This document shows, piece by piece, positions 35,265 to 43,329 of a stretch of DNA of 64,000 nt (positions are counted from its first letter, which is position 1; each line of letters starts with the position of its first letter). Below the pieces are notes generated by a model. That model made no database searches, was not told where the DNA came from, and saw only the letters and a list, made by a program, of their open reading frames with translations. This DNA is from Anaerolineales bacterium (GTDB lineage: Bacteria > Chloroflexota > Anaerolineae > Anaerolineales > UBA11579). Location: NCBI GenBank assembly GCA_019637755.1, contig JAHBVC010000002.1:465027-529026 (forward strand), read 5' to 3'. The position numbers were made by a program, and so were the translations under genes.

Positions 35265-36068
35265 CTAGCGCAGGCCGCGCTCAGGGCGGGTGAAGATCTG
35301 CTCCTGCACCCAATCACTTAGCGCCGGGAAGAGATTTGAAAACAGCACCACCAGCCGATAGACCCAGGGCAGCACCAGGCTGCGACGCGGGCGGCGGACC
35401 AGGCCCAGCAGCGCCGTGGCCACCTGTTCGGCACTGAGCACCAGCGGCTGGGGGGTGCTGAGGCGCCCTTTGCGTTGCATACCGGTGTGGCTGGCAAAGT
35501 CAGTATCCACGCCGCCGGGGTAGACCACGGAGACGTGAATGTTGAACACGCCGACTTCGCGGCGCAAGGCCTCACTGAAGCCGCGCAAGCCAAATTTGCT
35601 GGCCGCGTACACGCTATAGGTCGGGGTTGCCATCAAGCCGGCCAGCGAGCTCATGTTGATGATATGGCCCTGGCGGCGCGCCAGCATGTGCGGCAATACC
35701 GCGCGGGTGAGCAGGATCGCCCCGGTGAGATTGACGTTGATCTGCGCAACGATATCGGCCTGCGGGTCTAGCGCCTCCAGCCATTGCGTGCGGCCAAAAC
35801 CGGCATTGTTGATCAACACATCGATCTGCCCGTAGGCCGCCAGGCTGCGCGCTACCAACGCTTCACTATCGGCCGGGTTGGCCACATCAGCAGCCAGCGC
35901 CAATGCCGTGCCTCCCGCCGCAGCAATCTCGGCCTGCAGGGCTTGCAGGCGCTCCAGGCGCCGGGCGGCCAGCACTACGCGGTAGCCCGCCGCGGCCAGG
36001 CGGCGCGCCGTGGCGGCGCCGATGCCCGAAGAGGCGCCCGTGATTAGGACGACGGCAGGCGCGTTCAA
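35265..36068 (-). CDS. Short-chain dehydrogenase/reductase (SDR) family oxidoreductase
   Basis: VVLITGASSGIGAATA, NNAG and SVYAASK motifs. The TTG start overlaps the upstream TGA. Confidence 0.9.
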   Translation of the reverse strand: MNAPAVVLITGASSGIGAATARRLAAAGYRVVLAARRLERLQALQAEIAAAGGTALALAADVANPADSEALVARSLAAYGQIDVLINNAGFGRTQWLEALDPQADIVAQINVNLTGAILLTRAVLPHMLARRQGHIINMSSLAGLMATPTYSVYAASKFGLRGFSEALRREVGVFNIHVSVVYPGGVDTDFASHTGMQRKGRLSTPQPLVLSAEQVATALLGLVRRPRRSLVLPWVYRLVVLFSNLFPALSDWVQEQIFTRPERGLR

Positions 36069-36955
36069 GGCTGGATGAGTACCGGAATGCTGCTGAGATG
36101 GAGCAGGCCGCCATCACGCATCGACTCGGCGTAGAGCACAATGCGGCCGGGCACGGCCTGGCTGACAGACCAGCTCAGCGTGCCGCTGAACGGGCCGGGC
36201 TGGCCGATATCGGGCGCAGCAATGCTGGCGAAGCTGCTGGCCAGCACGCTGGCATCGCCACAGATGCTGTGCGCCAGCGGGCTGGCTTCTACGCTCGGCC
36301 CGGCCCCCACGCCGCACAACAGCAAGCCCAGGTTGGATTCGAAGTAATAGGCGGAGAAGCCGCTAACGGTGAGGCTGCCGCCGGCAATCGAGCTATTTGG
36401 CCCCGGCGACTGGATGGCGATGTTCTCGCTTGCCACCGGCTGCGGCAGCAGGCGCGCTTCGCCGCCGGGCAGCAGGGTCACCTCCACACTGGTGAGATGC
36501 ACGATGCCGCCATCCAGTGCGCTGGTTTCCATCACCGCCACCCGGCCGGGCTGTTCCTCGCTGACGGAGAAGTGCAGCTCTACCGAGAAGGGGCCGGGGC
36601 TGCCGGCTTCGGCGGCGATGGTGGTGGGCGTGAGGGCGATCTGGTTGCCGGCCTCGTCGTAGATGGCGATGACCAGGTTTTGCTCAAAGGTGGGGCGGGA
36701 TTGGCCGCTCACCGTCACCGGCGAACTGATCGCTGAGGCAAAGCCTGGGCTGCCGATCAGGATCGCCTCCAAGGCTACCTCGCCGGAGGGCGTAGGCGCG
36801 GCGGCTTCGTCAGTGGCTACGGCGGGCGCGGTGGTTTGGGTGGCTGCGGGCAGCATGATACTGGTGGCGGTGGGCTGGGCTGGCGTCCCCGGCAGGTTGC
36901 AGGCTGCCAGGGCCAGCAAGGTCACCGCGGAGAGCGCTATTTTTATTGGGCTCAT
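36065..36955 (-). CDS. Secreted lipoprotein with two Gmad2-like immunoglobulin-like domains
   Basis: Lipobox LALAAC. Two repeats of the pattern ..VTVSG.S...FE.NL....D..G....GPF...L.... ORF trimmed to MSPIKIAL. Confidence 0.55.
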   Translation of the reverse strand: MSPIKIALSAVTLLALAACNLPGTPAQPTATSIMLPAATQTTAPAVATDEAAAPTPSGEVALEAILIGSPGFASAISSPVTVSGQSRPTFEQNLVIAIYDEAGNQIALTPTTIAAEAGSPGPFSVELHFSVSEEQPGRVAVMETSALDGGIVHLTSVEVTLLPGGEARLLPQPVASENIAIQSPGPNSSIAGGSLTVSGFSAYYFESNLGLLLCGVGAGPSVEASPLAHSICGDASVLASSFASIAAPDIGQPGPFSGTLSWSVSQAVPGRIVLYAESMRDGGLLHLSSIPVLIQP

Positions 36956-37004
36956 TAAACAATTATCGCATTGAATTCCTGGAATCGAGTGCAGGCAGAA
37001 CCCC

Positions 37005-37072
37005 GTGTCATTCTGACCGGGTTTATACATCCACACCCGGATCGCCGAAGCCGGAACAGGGAAGAATCCTTG
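37005..37072 (+). repeat. Interspersed palindromic repeat, family B
   Basis: GTGTCATTCTGACC-[hairpin CCGGGT..ACCCGG]-..GGGAAGAATCCTTG. Confidence 0.75.
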
Positions 37073-37119
37073 CTGACCGGTCTTCTGTGCCGAGCTTAGT
37101 TGCTTATGTGCGTACCAAT

Positions 37120-37146
37120 GATCCCTCGCTAACGCTCAGGATGCAC
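37120..37146 (-). repeat. Interspersed palindromic repeat, family B short form, inverted partner
   Basis: The reverse complement reads GTGCATCCTGAGCGTTAGCGAGGGATC. Confidence 0.75.
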
Positions 37147-37153
37147 TGAGTTT

Positions 37154-37181
37154 GTAGGGCGGGTCTAAGACTCGCCCCTAC
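37154..37181. repeat. Small GC-rich palindromic (REP-like) element
   Basis: GTAGGGCGGGTC-TAA-GACTCGCCCCTAC, an imperfect hairpin. Confidence 0.5.
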
Positions 37182-37224
37182 GGCCCTTGCCGCTCACGGC
37201 GAGAAATGAGGAGTTGACTCTTAA

Positions 37225-38541
37225 TCAATTGGTTGAAGGTTCAGCTCCTAAATCCTCGCCCACTTCCTCCACCAAGAACAAGGAGCCAGCCACCAGCACC
37301 ACGCCGCCCGGTGGGCAGGCCGCCTGGGCCGCGGCTAACGCCGCGGCCGGCTGCGGCGCGGCGCGCGCCGGCAGCCCCAGTGCGCCGAGCCGTTCAACCA
37401 GCTCGGCGGCGGGCATGGCCCGCGGCTGGGCCGCCTGGGTGGCATAGGCCTGTTGGATGCGCGGCAACAGCGCAGACAACAAGCCGGGCAAGTCTTTATC
37501 CGCCGAGACGCCGAGCACCAACACAACCGGCACCTCGGGAAAGTAGGTATCCAGCGCGGCACGCAGAGCGCGCGCCGCCCCTGGGCTGTGCGCCCCGTCC
37601 AGGATCACGGTGGGCTGGCCCGGGTGTACTTCAAAACGGCCTGGCCAGCGCGCCGCGGCAAAGCCGGTCTGAATGGCGGCCAGGCTCACCGGCAAGCCCG
37701 TATCTGCCAACGTTTGCAAGGCGGCGTAGGCAGTGGCGGCATTGCCGATCTGGTGCGCGCCCAGCAAGCGGATCTGCAGCGGCTGCCAATCACCCGCCGC
37801 GCCGCGTACACGCAGCGTCTGGCCGCCGGCCGCGGCCGCCAGGGGCTGCACTTGCCACTCCACGCCCACGCGGCTCAATGGCGCGTTCAGCGCCGCTGCC
37901 TGAGCGGCGATCACCGCGGCGGCCTCGGCGGGCTGAGCGGCGCTCACCACCGGCACGCCGGGCTTAATGATGCCGGCCTTGTGGGCAGCGATCTCGGCTA
38001 AGCTGCCGCCGAGGATGGCGGTGTGGTCAAGATCGATCGGGGTGATCACGCTGACGCGCGGGCGCAGCACATTGGTAGCGTCCAGACGGCCTCCCAGCCC
38101 CACTTCGATCACGGCCACGTCTACCGCTGCCAGGGCGAAGGCGGTAAACATCAGCGCCACACTGACTTCAAAATAGGTCCAGCCCGGCTGGGCCTGCAAG
38201 TACGGGTAGAGGCGCGCAAAAGCAGCTTGCAGGAGCTCCGGCGCAGCCGCCACGCCATCGATGCGGATCCCGTGGACATCCCCGGCGAGGTTGGGCGAGG
38301 TGAACAGCCCGGTGCGGTAGCCGTGTGCCTGCAAGGCGGCGGCGCACAGGGCGCACAGCGAGCCTTTGCCATGTGTGCCGGCCACATGCAGGCTGGGATA
38401 GGCCTGCTGCAGCTCGCCGAGGGCGGCCAGCAGGCCGGCCACACGCGCCAACTGGAACTCCTCAGGCGCCAGGCTATTTTGGTTCTGGGCCGCCAGGCTG
38501 GGCAATTGCGCCAAATAGTCGAGATAGGCCGGGGCAGACAT
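37225..38541 (-). CDS. folC: Bifunctional folylpolyglutamate synthase / dihydrofolate synthase
   Basis: 438 aa. P-loop HVAGTHGKGS and Mur-ligase-family pattern VIEVGLGGRLDATN. Confidence 0.9.
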   Translation of the reverse strand: MSAPAYLDYLAQLPSLAAQNQNSLAPEEFQLARVAGLLAALGELQQAYPSLHVAGTHGKGSLCALCAAALQAHGYRTGLFTSPNLAGDVHGIRIDGVAAAPELLQAAFARLYPYLQAQPGWTYFEVSVALMFTAFALAAVDVAVIEVGLGGRLDATNVLRPRVSVITPIDLDHTAILGGSLAEIAAHKAGIIKPGVPVVSAAQPAEAAAVIAAQAAALNAPLSRVGVEWQVQPLAAAAGGQTLRVRGAAGDWQPLQIRLLGAHQIGNAATAYAALQTLADTGLPVSLAAIQTGFAAARWPGRFEVHPGQPTVILDGAHSPGAARALRAALDTYFPEVPVVLVLGVSADKDLPGLLSALLPRIQQAYATQAAQPRAMPAAELVERLGALGLPARAAPQPAAALAAAQAACPPGGVVLVAGSLFLVEEVGEDLGAEPSTN

Positions 38542-38547
38542 GGCCTG

Positions 38548-38553
38548 ATTTTA
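38548..38553 (-). promoter_or_regulatory. -10 box TAAAAT, 6 nt upstream of folC ATG
   Basis: Minus strand reads TAAAAT-CAGGCC-ATG with no SD. Confidence 0.45.
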
Positions 38554-38586
38554 CTGTGGGCCGGATAGGCCGGCTGGAGAGGCCAA

Positions 38587-38646
38587 GCCGGACCCGGCAT
38601 GGCCTTGCCCGACCCGGCATGGTCCCGCCGGACCCGCCGGACATAC
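38587..38646. repeat. Three 20-bp direct repeats in the folC/phnD divergent spacer
   Basis: GCCGGACCCGGCATGGCCTT / GCCCGACCCGGCATGGTCCC / GCCGGACCCGCCGGACATAC. Confidence 0.8.
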
Positions 38647-38754
38647 TCCCCTGGGGCGAGGCAAGGATATTTTAAGGTTGTACCAAATCAGGTGATTTAT
38701 CATTCTTTTTACTATGGCAGCCCCAAAGCTGCTAAACCCACAAGGAGAAGAGCT

Positions 38755-39738
38755 ATGAAGAATCGTTTCTTTCCCGTGCTGGCCATCGTAGTAGTGCTTT
38801 CACTGCTGCTGGCAGCATGCGGCTCCGCCGCGGCTCCCACCGAAGCGCCGGTTGAACCGGTTGCCACGGAGGCCCCCGCCGAAGAGCCCACCGTAGAGGC
38901 TGGCCCCGTGTATGGCACCGAGGAGAACCCGATCGTTTGGGCCTTGGTTCCCTCACAGGACACTGACGCCGTGTTGAGCGGTGCCAGCGGCATTGCGGCT
39001 GCCATTGAAGAGGCCACTGGCCTGGTGATTGAGCCGGTCATCACGACCGACTTCACCGCGGCCGTTGAGGCTATGTGTAACGGCGAGGCTCAGATGGGCG
39101 CGCTGAACACCTTCAACTACATCGTTGCCCACCAACGTGGTTGCGCCGATGTCGGCATTGCCTCCCTGCGCTTCGGCAGCAGCTTCTACACCGCCCAGGT
39201 TGTGACCCGCCCCGATACGGGCATCACCAGCCTGGCTGACCTGGCCAACACCAAGTTCTGCCGCCCGGATCCCACCTCCACCTCCGGTTGGGTGCTGCCT
39301 TCCATCGCCATCAAGGCTGAGGGCATCAACCCCGAGACCGACATGGAGATCGTGGATGCCGGTGGTCACGATGGCGTGATCATCGCCGTGTACGAAGGCC
39401 AGTGTGACGCGGGTTCCACCTTCACCGATGCCCGCTCCAACGTGGAAGAGGCTTACCCGGATGTACGCGACAAGGTGATCGTTGTCACCGAGAGCGCGCC
39501 GATCCCGAATGACACCATCAGCTTCGCGCCCTCCCTGAGCGCCGAGACGGTGGAAGCCCTCAAGACCGCTTTGCTGGCGTTGAACGACAGCGAAGAGGGT
39601 CTGGCCCAGCTGAGCCAGCTGTATAGCTGGAGCGGCCTGGAAGCCACCGAAGACAGCTTCTACGATGGTTTCCGCCAGCAGCTCGAAGCGGCTGGCATGT
39701 GCATCAGCAGCGAAGGCCGCATCAGCGAAGACTGCTAG
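38755..39738 (+). CDS. phnD: Phosphate/phosphite/phosphonate ABC transporter substrate-binding lipoprotein (PhnD family)
   Basis: Lipobox LLLAAC and AAGGAG RBS. IVWALVPSQD..ITTDFTAAVEAMCNGEAQMGALN..PDPTSTSGW. ORF trimmed to MKNRFF. Confidence 0.8.
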   Translation: MKNRFFPVLAIVVVLSLLLAACGSAAAPTEAPVEPVATEAPAEEPTVEAGPVYGTEENPIVWALVPSQDTDAVLSGASGIAAAIEEATGLVIEPVITTDFTAAVEAMCNGEAQMGALNTFNYIVAHQRGCADVGIASLRFGSSFYTAQVVTRPDTGITSLADLANTKFCRPDPTSTSGWVLPSIAIKAEGINPETDMEIVDAGGHDGVIIAVYEGQCDAGSTFTDARSNVEEAYPDVRDKVIVVTESAPIPNDTISFAPSLSAETVEALKTALLALNDSEEGLAQLSQLYSWSGLEATEDSFYDGFRQQLEAAGMCISSEGRISEDC

Positions 39739-39787
39739 TCAGGTCTACGCGAATGCTGCTTGGCTGGCGTTGAGCTAGCACAGCAAA

Positions 39788-39836
39788 CAAAACGGGAAGG
39801 GTCTGCGCTCCCCAGCGCACCCTTCCCGTTTTTTGT
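39788..39836 (+). terminator. Intrinsic terminator/attenuator between phnD and phnC
   Basis: AACGGGAAGGGT...ACCCTTCCCGTT followed by TTTTT. Confidence 0.75.
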
Positions 39837-39873
39837 AGGTTTGCAAAATCCAGAATCCTTTTACAATAATCCC

Positions 39874-40641
39874 ATGCTCACAGTCGAAAACCTTACCATG
39901 ATTTACCCCGATGGTACTGTGGCGCTCAAAGACGTCAGTTTTGAAGTGCAAGACGGCGAATTTCTGGGCGTGATCGGTCTCAGCGGGTCAGGCAAATCCA
40001 CCTTGTTGCGCTGCATCAACCGTTTGTTGGAACCGACCGAGGGGCGCATCATCTGGAATGGCAAGGATATTACTCACCTGCCCCAGGGTGAATTGCGCTT
40101 CGTACGCCGTGAGATCGGCATGGTCTTCCAGCAATTCAACCTGGTGAAGCGCTCCAGCGTGCTGACCAATGTGCTCTCAGGCCGGCTGGGCTACACCCCG
40201 CCCAGTTGGGCGCTGGCCAACCGCTTCAGCCGCCAGGACCGCCAGATGGCGCTGCAGGCGCTGGAACGTGTGGGCATTCCCGACAAGGCCCACAACCGTG
40301 CCGATGAGCTCAGCGGTGGCCAGCAGCAGCGCGTGGGCATCGCCCGGGCGCTGATGCAGGAGCCCAAGATGATCCTGGCCGACGAGCCCGTGGCCAGCCT
40401 CGACCCGGTGTTGGCGCACTCGATCCTGGGCTACCTTGAAAAGCTCAACCACGAAGACAACATTACCGTGCTGTGCAGCCTGCACTACCTCGATCTGGTC
40501 GAACGCTATTGCGAACGCGTGATCGGCCTGCGCAACGGCCAAGTGGTGTTTGAAGGCAACAAAGCCGATATTCAACAGATGAGCGATGCGCGCTTCAAAG
40601 AGATCTACGGCGAAGAAGCCATTCGCATGGGAGGCGCATAG
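39874..40641 (+). CDS. phnC: Phosphonate ABC transporter ATP-binding protein
   Basis: [24 protein letters not shown] and ILADEP. ORF trimmed to MLTVENL, downstream of the terminator. Confidence 0.88.
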   Translation: MLTVENLTMIYPDGTVALKDVSFEVQDGEFLGVIGLSGSGKSTLLRCINRLLEPTEGRIIWNGKDITHLPQGELRFVRREIGMVFQQFNLVKRSSVLTNVLSGRLGYTPPSWALANRFSRQDRQMALQALERVGIPDKAHNRADELSGGQQQRVGIARALMQEPKMILADEPVASLDPVLAHSILGYLEKLNHEDNITVLCSLHYLDLVERYCERVIGLRNGQVVFEGNKADIQQMSDARFKEIYGEEAIRMGGA

Positions 40642-40643
40642 CA

Positions 40644-42809
40644 ATGGCCAAATCCACGCCTCCATCGTTTGAGCGCACCAAGCGCTCCCCCCTGCATGCC
40701 CTGCTCTCGCTGATCGTGCCCGGGTTAGGCCAGTTTGTGGCCAAAGCACGCACGCGCGGGCTGACGATCCTGCTGATGGTAGTTACCCTGTTCGGGCTGA
40801 GCATGTGGACCATCGCCCAGCGCGCCCGCTTCCCAGATTACAGCCTCAGCACCGCGGTCTTCATCAAAGTTGTGCTTGCCACCGCGGCCTTGCTGGTGTT
40901 CCTGCTCGCCTTGCGCCACCTCTTCGTGCGCTTCGTGACCAAAGACCCGGCCATGGAGGCCTTTAGCCTCTACGGCGTAGTGATCTTGTTCTTCCTGCTG
41001 CTTGTGGTCATTGGCCCAAGCCAGATCCTGCCCACCGTGCTGCGCCCCGAGGAGATCTCGCAGGTGCATGGCGTCACCGCGCTGTATGCCGGCGCGGCCC
41101 TGGCCGCCCTGTGGCTGTGGCAAGTGGTGGATGCGGCACGCATCGGCGGCGAGCACCTGCGCGGCAAGTTCCTGCCCTCGATGGGCGCGGCGATCGTCAT
41201 CGCCTGTTTGCTGGTGTTTGCCCTCGGCTACAACCTCACCGGGGTAGACCTGCCCAAAGCGATCCGCGAATATCAGGATGTGGGTATTTTGTTGCCGCGC
41301 ATCCTGTGGCCCTGGCGTTCGGCGTTTGCCTACGACCAGGAAGTCTTCGAAGTTGTGCAGAAGATCCAGGCGCCCTGCCCCGATGGGGAAGTTGGCCCGC
41401 CCTCGAACCCGGCCCTGCCGGATGACCCCTGGGTGAGTGCCACGCCTACCTGCGGCCAGCTCAGCTCTCGCCCGATCACCGGCGGCCTGGAGCTGGGTAC
41501 GCAACTCACCATTACCGGCGGCAACTTTGTGCCCGGCCAGGTGGTGCACGTGCGCTGGGCCAACCCGATCGGCAACCCGTTCACGCCGCGTGGCATGGGC
41601 GAAACCGACATCACCATCGATGAGGACGGTGGTTTCACCACCACGCTCAACATCCCCGATGCGGTCGTGGCCCCGGATACCGCCGTCGGCACGCAGATCC
41701 ACTCGCTGATCATCCGCCAGGAGAGCGTGTTGGTGTTCGGCGGGCGGCTGAGCGAAGAAATGAAGCTGGCCTTGATCGGCCTGCTGGAAACGATCATGAT
41801 CGGCCTGATGGCGACCTTCTTCGGCATCGTGGCCGCCTTCCCGCTGTCCTTCCTGGCCGCCAAGAACCTGATGGCCCCCATCCTGGGCACCCCGCAACGC
41901 ATTGTGGGCTCGCTGGCCGGCGCCCTGGCGGGCGGCTGGGCCGGCCTGCAGGTCACCAACTTCGTCTCCAACTCGCTGGGCGGCCTGGATAAAGCGCCCG
42001 TGCAGATCTTTTTGGTGGGGTTGATCGCCGTACTGGGGCTGGGCTATCTCGGCTTGCAGTTTGGCGGCCGCCTGAGCGAAATGCTACTGACCCGCCTGGG
42101 CAAGGATGCTGGTTACTGGACCGCTTCGGGGCTGCTGGCGCTGCTGGCCGCCTACCCAGGCTACCGCCTGGGCTTGGGCTTTAGCCGCGGCGTGCGCAGC
42201 ATTGTGGTGGGCAACGAAATCGCCGCCATCAACGAACAATGGTATGGCGCGATCGGTGCGGTGTTGGTGACCCTGGCGGTGTTCTGGTATCTGTATGGCA
42301 AGCGCGAGACGCGCCGCGTGCCGGTGGGCTTGATCCTGTACGGCATCGTGCGCACGATCTTCAACATCGTGCGTTCCGTAGAAGCGCTGATCTATGCCAT
42401 CATCGCCGCCATCTGGGTGGGCTTAGGCCCCTTCGCTGGCACCCTGGCGCTGACCCTGCACACGGTGGCCTCGCTGGCCAAGCTGTACTCTGAAGCCATC
42501 GAGAGCATTGACCCCGGCCCGCTGGAAGCGCTGGACGCGGTAGGCGCCAATCGCCTGCAGAGTGTGGTCTACGCGGTGGTACCGCAGATCATGCCGCCGG
42601 TGATCTCGTTCACGGTCTACCGTTGGGATATCAACGTGCGTATGTCCACCCTGCTCGGTTTCGTGGGCGGCGGTGGTATCGGTTTCATCCTGCTGCAATG
42701 GATCCGCCTGTACAACTACGAGGCGGTGGGCATTGCCGTCTGGCTGATCGCCATCACCGTGGCCGCGCTGGACTATGTAAGTTCGGAGATCCGCGAGCGC
42801 TTCGTGTAA
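40644..42809 (+). CDS. phnE: Phosphonate ABC transporter permease (PhnE-like) with a large N-terminal membrane plus extracytoplasmic extension
   Basis: 721 aa. The last ~330 aa carry the PhnE-type core (LETIMIGLMATFFG.., EAIESIDPGPLEALDAVGA). The first ~370 aa are extra TM segments plus a soluble insert. Confidence 0.75.
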   Translation: MAKSTPPSFERTKRSPLHALLSLIVPGLGQFVAKARTRGLTILLMVVTLFGLSMWTIAQRARFPDYSLSTAVFIKVVLATAALLVFLLALRHLFVRFVTKDPAMEAFSLYGVVILFFLLLVVIGPSQILPTVLRPEEISQVHGVTALYAGAALAALWLWQVVDAARIGGEHLRGKFLPSMGAAIVIACLLVFALGYNLTGVDLPKAIREYQDVGILLPRILWPWRSAFAYDQEVFEVVQKIQAPCPDGEVGPPSNPALPDDPWVSATPTCGQLSSRPITGGLELGTQLTITGGNFVPGQVVHVRWANPIGNPFTPRGMGETDITIDEDGGFTTTLNIPDAVVAPDTAVGTQIHSLIIRQESVLVFGGRLSEEMKLALIGLLETIMIGLMATFFGIVAAFPLSFLAAKNLMAPILGTPQRIVGSLAGALAGGWAGLQVTNFVSNSLGGLDKAPVQIFLVGLIAVLGLGYLGLQFGGRLSEMLLTRLGKDAGYWTASGLLALLAAYPGYRLGLGFSRGVRSIVVGNEIAAINEQWYGAIGAVLVTLAVFWYLYGKRETRRVPVGLILYGIVRTIFNIVRSVEALIYAIIAAIWVGLGPFAGTLALTLHTVASLAKLYSEAIESIDPGPLEALDAVGANRLQSVVYAVVPQIMPPVISFTVYRWDINVRMSTLLGFVGGGGIGFILLQWIRLYNYEAVGIAVWLIAITVAALDYVSSEIRERFV

Positions 42810-42826
42810 GCGCGTTGGCAGCAAAC

Positions 42827-42857
42827 AAAAAGCCCTGGCAATGCCAGGGCTTTTTTT
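42827..42857. terminator. Bidirectional intrinsic terminator (phnE / ybeY)
   Basis: AAAAAGCCCTGGC-AAT-GCCAGGGCTTTTTTT. Confidence 0.85.
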
Positions 42858-43329
42858 ATTTGGCTTCCGGCCGGGTTTCCATTTCGGCGGAGCGCATGGG
42901 CAAGCGCAAGGCCGCCAGAATGGCGTCTTGCGCAGCCCACATGCGCCGGCGCTGGGCGGCGCTGGCATGGTCATAGCCCAGCAGATGCAGCACGCCGTGC
43001 ACAGTCAGCAACTGCACCTCGGCCGCCAGGCTGTGTCCGGCGGCGCGGGCCTGGGCGCGGGCACGCGGCACGGAGATGACAATATCTCCCAGATAGGTAT
43101 CGCCGGCACCGGCCGGGGCTTGCTCCGCACCAAAGGAAAGCACATCCGTGGCGGCATCCACACCGCGGAATTGCTGGTTGAGGCGGCGCACCTGTACATT
43201 GCCAGTGAGCGCCACACTGAGCTCAGCCGCCTGGCTGTTTTGCTGCGCCAGTGCCGCCAGGGCGGCTTTGCGCACCGCGGCGCCCAGCTTTAGGGCGCGA
43301 TAGCGGCTCTCAATATGCAGATGGATCAT
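42856..43329 (-). CDS. ybeY: rRNA maturation endoribonuclease YbeY
   Basis: HGVLHLLGYDH metal-binding motif, 157 aa. Confidence 0.93.
   Translation of the reverse strand: MIHLHIESRYRALKLGAAVRKAALAALAQQNSQAAELSVALTGNVQVRRLNQQFRGVDAATDVLSFGAEQAPAGAGDTYLGDIVISVPRARAQARAAGHSLAAEVQLLTVHGVLHLLGYDHASAAQRRRMWAAQDAILAALRLPMRSAEMETRPEAK

Noticed and set aside
38599-38754. Upstream extensions of phnD (ORF track start 38599) and phnC (39760).
   Set aside because: The extended N-termini have no signal-peptide or ABC features and run through repeat or terminator sequence. Internal ATGs at 38755 (AAGGAG RBS plus lipoprotein signal) and 39874 (MLTVENL, the standard ABC ATPase N-terminus) fit better.
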